Part shown: one piece after another, positions 56,631 to 64,000 of the stretch
Layout: each line of letters starts with the position of its first letter
Position numbering within the stretch: position 1 is the first letter of the stretch
Assembly: GCA_965208575.1 (NCBI GenBank)
Contig: CBDBOV010000005.1
Location: 32,001 to 96,000, forward strand
Length of the DNA: 64,000 nt
Origin: Spirochaetia bacterium
GTDB taxonomy: Bacteria > Spirochaetota > Spirochaetia > SZUA-6 > Bin103
Direction: 5' to 3'
Notes under the pieces: generated by a model
Database searches by the model: none
Told to the model about the DNA's origin: nothing
Seen by the model: the letters and a program-made list of their open reading frames with translations, nothing else
Translations under genes and position numbers: made by a program

Positions 56631-59127
56631 GTGCCGCACGCAGCGACTGGAGCCGACAGAAGAGTAGTGCCGCTGGCCGGCGCATTGCCGCCGCAGTGCC
56701 AACGCGACCTGGACAACCTGCGGGCGTTCGTCCGCCGCGCCATCGGTGACGGCAGGCCGGCGCCGCCGGTGCCGGTGGCCGACGTACGGGAGGTGCTGCT
56801 GACCGGGGCGACCGGGTTCGTCGGCCGCTTCGTGCTGCGCGAACTCCTGTGCCTCGACGGTGACCTGGTCGTGCACTGCCTGGTCCGGGCCAGCGGCGGC
56901 GAGCACGGGCTACGACGGTTGCGCGCCGCCATGGAGGCGGCGGAAATCTGGGACGACGCGTTCACGGCCCGCATCCGGGTGGTGGCCGGAGACGTCGGCG
57001 AGGCGCAGCTCGGCCTGAGCCGGACTGCCTTCGACGACCTTGGCAGGCGCATCGACGCGGTCCACCACTACGCCGCGGAGGTGTCACTGTCAGCGTCTTA
57101 TCTCTCCATCCGCAAGGCCAATGCGTTCAGCATGCGCAACGTGCTGGACCTGTGCCTGAGCACCCGGCTCAAGCACCTGTTCCACGCCTCCACGATGGGC
57201 GTGTTTCCGCAGTACTTCTGCGACTTCGCCAACGAGTTCGCCGGACACAGCATCGAGCACCAGGGACAGCCGGACGTGGCCGAGATGAAACGCATGTTCC
57301 CGCTCTCTCGGCGGCTACTCGTGGAGCAAGCTGGTCGCCGAGCAGAGTGTGCTGTTCGCGCACCAGGCCGGCCTGCCGGCGGCGGTATTCCGCTTGCCGC
57401 TGACCAGCCGGTCCAGCACCGGATATACCCAGCCGAGCGATACCTCCGTGCGCGTATACGCCGCGGTGGCGGATGTCGAGATGGCGCCGGGTGGCTTTTC
57501 GTTTCAGCGGCAGAACCACACGGTCGACACCCTGAGTCGGATCTGTACCGCGATTGCGGCCAACCCCGAGCGCCAGTTCACCCTGTACCACTGCTGCAAC
57601 CCCGACCCGGTTCCCCACGATATCGAACTGGCCGACTTCGGCGTCTATCTGCGCGAGGTTCCCTACGATACCTTCAAGCGTGCCTGCCAGGCGCGCGGTG
57701 AGAATTCACCGTTGCACGGCTACTGGGCGCTGTTCGAGAAGTTCGCCCCGTACTGGTTCAGTCCGAGCAAGCCGCTGACCGAGTTGCCGGTCAGCGACCG
57801 CGCATTGCGCGAGGATTGCCCATTTCCGATCGAGTGGCCGGGAATCCTGACCATGTTCCGGCGCACCAATGAATGGATCAGAGCGCACCCGGACCAATGG
57901 CCCTTTTCGATGCCGCAGCCGCGCATCGACTACGACCGCCTGATGGCGCGTGCCGAGCATTACGCGGAACGTTTCGGGGCGCCGTTTGCCGAGACCTATC
58001 CCGAGTGGCTGCGCGACGGACTTGCCCACCTGGTGCAGGCCCTGCGGGCTCCGGAGGCGCGTCTGTTGCAGGGCAAGCGCGCCGTCGTCGTCTCCGACCT
58101 GAGCGCCAGCCTGCGCAACAACGCGGCGCTCAGCGGTGAGCGATTGCGGCATCCGGAGATCGAACGGGAGGGGATCGCACGCCCGGTGTTCATTATCGGG
58201 ATCAACCGCACGGGCACCACGTTCCTGCACCGCTTGCTGGCGCGCGATCCACGGTTCTGGACCTTGCGAAGCTACGAGTTGGCGGAGCCGGTGGTGCCGG
58301 ACGGCGACTTGGCCCGGGCCTGGACTGACGCCGACATGCGGCGCGCGCGGCTCCTGGACGTGTTCGTCGCAGCGGGTTTCTTCGAGTCGTTCGCGGGCGC
58401 GCATCAACTCGACGTCGATGAGCCCGAGGAGGATCTTCCGCTGTTGCGGCACACCTTCCGGTCCTGGTCCAACACCAACATCTACCAGGTGCCCGAGTAC
58501 GGCCGTTGGCTCGCCGAGTCCGGGTCGCAACAAGCCTACGGATACCATCGCCGCGCCATCCAGCACTTCACCTGGCAGCGGCGCATGCGGGACCCGGGGC
58601 GCGTGGCCCAGTGGCTGTTGAAGGCGCCCGTCCACCTGATGGAGCTGGAGGCGCTGGTCGATGCCTACCCGGATGCCTGCTTCATCCAGACGCACCGCGA
58701 ACCGCGGCAGTTTACGGGCTCCTGGGTCAGCCTGATAGAGCAACTGCGGGCCCGCTCCACCGAACCGACTCCACGCGCCATTCTCGGAGCCGAGCAGTTG
58801 GCAGACATGAGCACCATGCTGGACCGGGCAGTGGACTTCCGCGAAGCTCATCCCGAGCTCGCTCAGCGCTGGTGCGACGTGAGCTACGTCGACCTGGTCG
58901 ACAACCCCTGGGCAACGGTGCGCGCCATCTACGAGCATTTCGGCTGGACGCTGGAGCCGGCTGCCGTCGCCGCCATGGAAGCGTGGCAGGAGCGCCAGGC
59001 GGAGCGGCGCCGGCACGAGGTACGCCACCGCTACGACCTGAAGGACTTCGAACTCACGCCCGAGGCGGTCGACGCCGCCTTCTCCCGCTACCGGGAGTTC
59101 ACCGCCGCCCACGGCATCCGCACCTGA
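56631..59127 (+). pseudogene. Thioester reductase-sulfotransferase fusion (SwfB-like), frameshifted at ~57303-57309
   Basis: LLTGATGFVG lies in one frame; YSWSK and the sulfotransferase motifs IIGINRTGTT and HREP..FTGS lie in the next frame. Confidence 0.88.
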
Positions 59128-59130
59128 GGG

Positions 59131-59889
59131 TCAGGCAGCCGACCAGCCGCCGTCCACGTACCAAGTGGCGCCGGTGACGAACGATGCCTCCTCGCTGCAC
59201 AGGAAGTGGACCACGTTGGCCACCTCTTCGGGGCGTCCGAAGCGGTTGAACAGCGACTTTGCCATCAACCCCGATTTCGTGGGCGCCGGATACCGGGACT
59301 CCCTGATGTAGCGCTGCAACAGCGGCGTGTCGATTGCCCCGGCAGCCACACAGTTCACTCTGATGCCGTCGGCCGCGAGATCCACGGCCATGGAGCGAGT
59401 CAACCCTTCGACGGCTGCCTTGGCGCCGGCGTATGCGGCCCGCTCACCGGCCGGACGCGCGCTCAGGACCGAGCCGGTGTTGACGATGGCGGCGCCTGCG
59501 CGGCCGGCCATGAGCGGGGCGAACGCGCGGGTAACGTGGAAAATCCCCCTGACGGTGACGTCGTAGAGCCGGTCCCAATCCTCCCCGGTGCAGCGCAGGA
59601 TGCCGCCGCGCACCTGCACACCCGCGTTGTTGTGCAGCGCGTCTACACGGCCGAGAGTGCGGCGGATCTCGCGCGCCGCGGCGGTGACCTGGCCATGGTC
59701 GGTGACGTCGCAGGCGCAGTACACCGCTGTACGGCCCATCGACCGCACCCGTTGAGCTGCCTGCTCGCCCCGCACCCGGTCGGTGTCGAGCAGGCCGACG
59801 TCGTACCCGCCGGCCGCAAACCGGACCGCCGACGCGAGGCCCAGACCGGAAGCCGCGCCGCTGACCACCAGGACCCTGGAATCGCCCAC
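59131..59889 (-). CDS. Short-chain dehydrogenase/reductase
   Basis: SGAASGLG, NNAG, YAGAK, IRVN, FVTG...VDGG. Confidence 0.95.
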   Translation of the reverse strand: MGDSRVLVVSGAASGLGLASAVRFAAGGYDVGLLDTDRVRGEQAAQRVRSMGRTAVYCACDVTDHGQVTAAAREIRRTLGRVDALHNNAGVQVRGGILRCTGEDWDRLYDVTVRGIFHVTRAFAPLMAGRAGAAIVNTGSVLSARPAGERAAYAGAKAAVEGLTRSMAVDLAADGIRVNCVAAGAIDTPLLQRYIRESRYPAPTKSGLMAKSLFNRFGRPEEVANVVHFLCSEEASFVTGATWYVDGGWSAA

Positions 59890-59979
59890 ACCATCCCCCT
59901 GCCTTACCTATCGACCGAACCACCTGCGCCGTTGACGGGCCGGTGAAGCGCCACGGACGACGGGCCCGTTACAGGTTGC

Positions 59980-61569
59980 ATGAGATCCCTACGATTCGTG
60001 TTCCGCCGCGTTGCCCCGCTGGCAACGCTGACCGTCCTTGTGTCCCTGGCCGGATGCATGGAATTCCTGGAGGGCCCTTCGTCGGCGGGTTCACCGCCGC
60101 ACGACGGATCGCGGCCGTCCGCAACCACGTCGGCAACCGTACTGGTGGCCGGACCGCTCACCATCGCCTCGGCCAAAGGCAGCCACGCCGACATCGCCGG
60201 GGTCACGATCACCGTGGCCGGCAACAACGCCCTGGGGAACCACCAGGACCCGCTGGCCACGGCCGCTCTCACCCGATCGCCGGACGGCGTGTGGACGGGC
60301 ACCCTGTCCGGACTCACCGTCGGGACGGAGCTGACCTTTTCCGCGCAGGCGGTCGACGACAGCGAAACCGTGATCTTCGAAGGTACGCACAAGCAGACGC
60401 TGGCCAGCGTCGGAGCGCAGATAACGATCCGGCTGAACGCGGTCGACGACGGCGTGGACAACCGCTTCCCGAAGGTAACGGCGATCAGCGTCAGCAACGT
60501 CTCGACCGGTGTTCCCACCCAGGTGAGCGTTTCGGTGCAGGGTTCCGGCACGGAACAACTCGACTACGAGTTCTCCGGCGGCACGTTCAACCCGAGCACC
60601 GGCCAGGTCTCCCTGTCATCCGGCACCGCAACCATCACCAGCACGTATCAGGCGCCCGCTGTCGTCGGCTGGTACACCGCGCAGATCGCGCTGACCAATC
60701 CGCAGGGCAATCGGATCGAGGTGGACTTCCAGATCAACGTGCAGACCGCGGGACTTACGGCGAGGATCGGCCCGGTCGTGCGCGGCTTCACCGGCAAGCG
60801 CACCCCCGCCGGGGTTCGCTGGACCGCGAATGTCTCCTTCGCAGGCGATGGCGCCGGCCTCAGCTATGCCTGGGCGTTCACCGATTCCGACGACAACTCC
60901 GGCACCTTCACCAATTCATCGGCGAATCCCACCATCCTGACCGGCTACACCACGGCGACGGTCGGCTCGCTTTCGGTAACCGTTACCGACGCGGCCGGTT
61001 TGACCGCGACCGCAACCCTTGCCATGGCCGCCGGTCTGTTCGCCGACCTGCCGCTCATGCCCGCGCCGGCCGCGCTCCTGGTCAACGAGATCGACTACGA
61101 CCAGGAAGGCAGCAGCGACGCCGCCGAGTTCATCGAGATCCTGAACCCCGGCTCGACCCCGGTCGATCTCTCCGGCTACCGCTTCGAGCTGGTGGACGGC
61201 GCCGACGGCGACACGTACCTGTCGTTCGACGGCACCGGTCAACTGGCCGGCGGCGGGTTCGTGGTGATCGCGGACCAGGCGGTGATCGACAATCTTCCGG
61301 CCGGCACGTCCTCGCTGGTACTCACCGGGACCGGGATTACCAACGGCCCGGACGGCGTGCGCATCGTGTCGACGGCGGACGGCCGAGTCGTCGACGCTGT
61401 CCACTACGAAGGCGCCGTGCCGGGCTCGGGCGAGGGCTCGCCCGCCCCGCAAGACCCGGCTGCCGCTTCCACCTCGATCGGGCGGTGTCCCGCCGGCTTC
61501 GACAGCAACGACAACGGCCTCGACTTTCGCTCCATGACGGCGACACCGGGCGCCGCCAACACCTGCTGA
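59980..61569 (+). CDS. Surface lipoprotein with Thr-rich Ig/PKD-like modules and a C-terminal lamin-tail domain
   Basis: LAGC lipobox; LSYAWAF; VNEIDYD....AEFIEI.N.G...VDLSGY; ATPGAAN end. Confidence 0.85.
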   Translation: MRSLRFVFRRVAPLATLTVLVSLAGCMEFLEGPSSAGSPPHDGSRPSATTSATVLVAGPLTIASAKGSHADIAGVTITVAGNNALGNHQDPLATAALTRSPDGVWTGTLSGLTVGTELTFSAQAVDDSETVIFEGTHKQTLASVGAQITIRLNAVDDGVDNRFPKVTAISVSNVSTGVPTQVSVSVQGSGTEQLDYEFSGGTFNPSTGQVSLSSGTATITSTYQAPAVVGWYTAQIALTNPQGNRIEVDFQINVQTAGLTARIGPVVRGFTGKRTPAGVRWTANVSFAGDGAGLSYAWAFTDSDDNSGTFTNSSANPTILTGYTTATVGSLSVTVTDAAGLTATATLAMAAGLFADLPLMPAPAALLVNEIDYDQEGSSDAAEFIEILNPGSTPVDLSGYRFELVDGADGDTYLSFDGTGQLAGGGFVVIADQAVIDNLPAGTSSLVLTGTGITNGPDGVRIVSTADGRVVDAVHYEGAVPGSGEGSPAPQDPAAASTSIGRCPAGFDSNDNGLDFRSMTATPGAANTC

Positions 61570-61587
61570 GTCCCGGCATGGCCTGAC

Positions 61588-61628
61588 CTGCCCGGCGGGC
61601 GCGCGCGTGCATGCGCCCCGCCGGGCGG
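61588..61628. terminator. GC-rich hairpin between convergent genes
   Basis: GCCCGGCGGG (61590-61599) pairs with CCCGCCGGGC (61617-61626); no T tract. Confidence 0.4.
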
Positions 61629-61648
61629 TGGGCTGAGCGCCTGCCCCG

Positions 61649-63472
61649 CTACTCCGCCCGCAGGGCCGCCGGCAGGTATGTCCGATTGTCATGGACCGAC
61701 GCCACCGCCGGGTCGGCTTCCAACTGCGCCTTGGCGCGTACCCGGTCCTGACCTGCACGCAACCGCACCAGCGCGTACCCCCCGGTGCCGGCGCCGGCGG
61801 CGGCAAGCGCGTGCCGCACCCGCAGCAGCTCACCCGTGGTCACCCTTTCGGCAGCGTTCATTCGGCTGTCCCGGTAGCGTACGATCAGCGTGTGGGGGTC
61901 GGTGCCGCCCGGCGCGCCGGCGGCCGAACGCGCGCCCCGCGGGGCCAGCGAACCGGCCGTGGCGGCCCGTTCGCGAGCGAGGCGATCGGCGGGTAGGGCG
62001 CCGTGCGCGGGACCGACTCCGAACAGGGCGAATGCATCGAGCAGGCCCGGCCCGTAGCGGTCGTCCCGGCCCGGAGGACCCAGGTCGATTGCCGAAACGG
62101 CCAGCATCGCGCGTGCGCCGCTCAACGTGAGCGAACCGTGGTAGCCGGCGAGCAGTGCCAGAACGCCGCTGACATGCGCGGCGGCGATGGAGGTTCCCTG
62201 GTCCGGGCGGATGATCCAGCGTGACCGTCCGGCACCCGGCCCGACGCCGAGGACCGGGATCTCGCCGGAGTCGTCGCCGCCGGGGGAAACGATGTCGATC
62301 TCCGGTCCGGTGTTGGAGGTGGCGGCCAGAGCGCCGTCCGCGGCCACCGATCCCACCGCCAGGGTGTAACGGGAGTTGGCGGGATAGTTCACGCCGAGAC
62401 CGCGATTGCCGGCGGCGGCCACCACCACGGCGCCGGTTGCGGTGACCGCGCGCAGCGCTTCCTCCAGGACCTCGTCGGGCGGGCCCGGCGCCGCCAGGCT
62501 GAGGTTGATGACCCTGGCCGGAATGGGAGGCAGCGTCCCGGAGTCGTTCTCGAGTCCCGCCGCGTAGCGCAGCCCCTGCGCGACGTCGTAGGTGGTGGCG
62601 CCGCCCCGCCCCGCCACGCGCACCGGCATGATCGTGATCGGCGCACGTCCCGGCGTCCACGCCACGCCGGCCACGCCGATGCCGTTGCCGGTGCCGGCGG
62701 CAATCACGCCGGCGATCGCCGTCCCGTGCCACGATCCGTCGGTTCCCGGATCGGCGGCGTCGGGATCGATGCCGTCGCCGTCGGCGGCGGCTGAGCGGCC
62801 ACTGACGAAGTCGAAGCCGGCCGCCGCGTCGAGGTTGCCGGCCAAGTCGGGATGTCGCGTATAGCCGGTGTCGAGCACCGCCACCACCACCGGCTCGGGC
62901 GCGCCGAGCACGCCTTCCGCGAGCGCCTGCCACAACTCCGGCAGCCGGACCTGGCGCAACGGCCACTGCCCGACGGCCGTCCCCGCGCCGCACCGAACCG
63001 GGTCCGCGCCGGCGGCGAAGCACGGGTCGTCCGGTGCCGGCGGCGTTCCCGGCAGCGCGGCTACCCGGGCCACCGCGGCCGCGGCCACGGGCGAGGCGGC
63101 GGTGCCGGAGGTGGTCACCCGGACCGTCAGCCGGTGCCGGCCCGGGGCAAGCGGACGGGGCGGGCGGTAGAAGCGTGCCGAGGGGTGCAGCGAACGATAG
63201 GTCTCGCCATCGTCGAGGGACACCTCCACCGCTGCCACCGGGAGCGCGGCGTCCACGGTCCACACCCACAGCGGGGGATTGGCGTATTCCCGCAGCAACG
63301 CCGAACGATCAACCGACACCGTCAGCACGGGCGGCGGCGGTGAAGAGTGCACAATGGCCGGCTCGGCGCATGAACCGAGTGAACCGGCAACCGCGGCGAG
63401 CGCAAGCGCGAGGGCGATCCGAGACCGGGCGGCGGCGCGGCGAAGCGCGCCGGGCACGGTGCAAACACGCAC
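61649..63472 (-). CDS. S8 subtilisin-like serine peptidase, probable lipoprotein; start approximate
   Basis: VAVLDTG, HGTAIAG, AAAGN, GTSIAAAHVSG; LGSC lipobox-like site. Confidence 0.88.
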   Translation of the reverse strand: MRVCTVPGALRRAAARSRIALALALAAVAGSLGSCAEPAIVHSSPPPPVLTVSVDRSALLREYANPPLWVWTVDAALPVAAVEVSLDDGETYRSLHPSARFYRPPRPLAPGRHRLTVRVTTSGTAASPVAAAAVARVAALPGTPPAPDDPCFAAGADPVRCGAGTAVGQWPLRQVRLPELWQALAEGVLGAPEPVVVAVLDTGYTRHPDLAGNLDAAAGFDFVSGRSAAADGDGIDPDAADPGTDGSWHGTAIAGVIAAGTGNGIGVAGVAWTPGRAPITIMPVRVAGRGGATTYDVAQGLRYAAGLENDSGTLPPIPARVINLSLAAPGPPDEVLEEALRAVTATGAVVVAAAGNRGLGVNYPANSRYTLAVGSVAADGALAATSNTGPEIDIVSPGGDDSGEIPVLGVGPGAGRSRWIIRPDQGTSIAAAHVSGVLALLAGYHGSLTLSGARAMLAVSAIDLGPPGRDDRYGPGLLDAFALFGVGPAHGALPADRLARERAATAGSLAPRGARSAAGAPGGTDPHTLIVRYRDSRMNAAERVTTGELLRVRHALAAAGAGTGGYALVRLRAGQDRVRAKAQLEADPAVASVHDNRTYLPAALRAE

Positions 63473-63483
63473 AGGCAGCGTAA

Positions 63484-63672
63484 TTACGTCGGGAGCTGCG
63501 GGAGCCGGTAGGCGGCGGAGAAGCCGAGCCCGCGGCTCAGCTCGCCGCGCCGCACCACGTCGCGGTCGACCAGACAGGCCACGCGGCCCAATTCGCCCAG
63601 GCGCCCCACCAGCGCCCGGCCGAGGGTAGTCTTGTCCGAACAGGGCATGCCGGTGATCCAGAAACCCGCCAT
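63484..63672 (-). pseudogene. cysC: Degenerate N-terminal fragment of adenylylsulfate kinase
   Basis: FWITGMPCSDKTTL...LVDRDVVRRGELSRGLGFS resembles CysC, with the P-loop Gly and the DGD motif mutated. Confidence 0.7.
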
Positions 63673-63878
63673 CCGCTTCCGTGCTGCCGCCGACCATAAG
63701 CTGCGCTACCGAGTTCATCAAGCCTTGACCTAGCGTGTTGATCGCTCGTTTCCGGTCCGGGTTGGGCAACGACTACGCGCGCCACGGTTCGCACGGTTCC
63801 CCGGGATGGCGCGGGTTGTGATAGGCTTGGCCCGAACGCACGCGCGGCCCCGCCGCGCCGCAACCCAAGGAGAGTACG

Positions 63879-64000
63879 ATGTCCGAAACTGCACTGCTCG
63901 AGGAACTCAGGCAGATCGATACCCCCACCATCACCAACGTGGTGGCCACCTATCCCGGCGACGAGTTGTGCCTGGAGCTGTACCATCCGTGGGAGGCGAA
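63879..64000 (+). CDS. RraA/HMG-aldolase family protein, truncated by the window end
   Basis: AAGGAG RBS; LEELRQIDTPTITNVV N-terminal motif. Confidence 0.65.
   Translation, partial: MSETALLEELRQIDTPTITNVVATYPGDELCLELYHPWEA

Noticed and set aside
59131-59889. SDR as part of the PKS operon
   Set aside because: It is on the opposite strand, convergent, and a generic SDR; there is no evidence of linkage.
63473-63769. N-terminal extension of the S8 peptidase (706-aa ORF)
   Set aside because: It overlaps the cysC remnant and precedes the signal peptide.
1-64000. Many long Arg/Ala/Gly/Pro-rich ORFs in alternative frames (e.g. 5765-7858, 17632-19683, 49385-52333, 54266-57052)
   Set aside because: They are shadows of real genes in high-GC DNA and carry no motifs.
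1-64000. rRNA, tRNA or CRISPR array
   Set aside because: No cloverleaf, rRNA signature or regularly spaced repeat-spacer array was recognised by eye; a covariance-model scan was not possible.

Overview
A high-GC bacterial chromosomal window, about 50 genes plus many gene scars. It mixes catabolic genes (three PhyH-type Fe/2OG dioxygenases, a Baeyer-Villiger monooxygenase, a CoA-transferase, a sulfatase, a GH32 hydrolase) with toxin-antitoxin genes. It also holds a partly eroded defence island at 20.9-27.6 kb, a second accessory cassette at 32.1-37.7 kb bounded by a duplicated gene end, and two complete IS elements (ISAs1-like and ISKra4-like). The largest locus is a mono-modular type I PKS/FAS followed by a thioester reductase-sulfotransferase gene, matching the architecture of the sponge-symbiont swf cluster. 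That operon looks doubly damaged: an IS in its small leader gene and a frameshift in the reductase. The gene content suggests a marine sponge symbiont (inference only). A recurring pattern is large conflict genes reduced to fused N- and C-terminal stubs, and antitoxins left without toxins. No rRNA, tRNA or CRISPR array was recognised. All family calls come from motifs read by eye, not from database searches.
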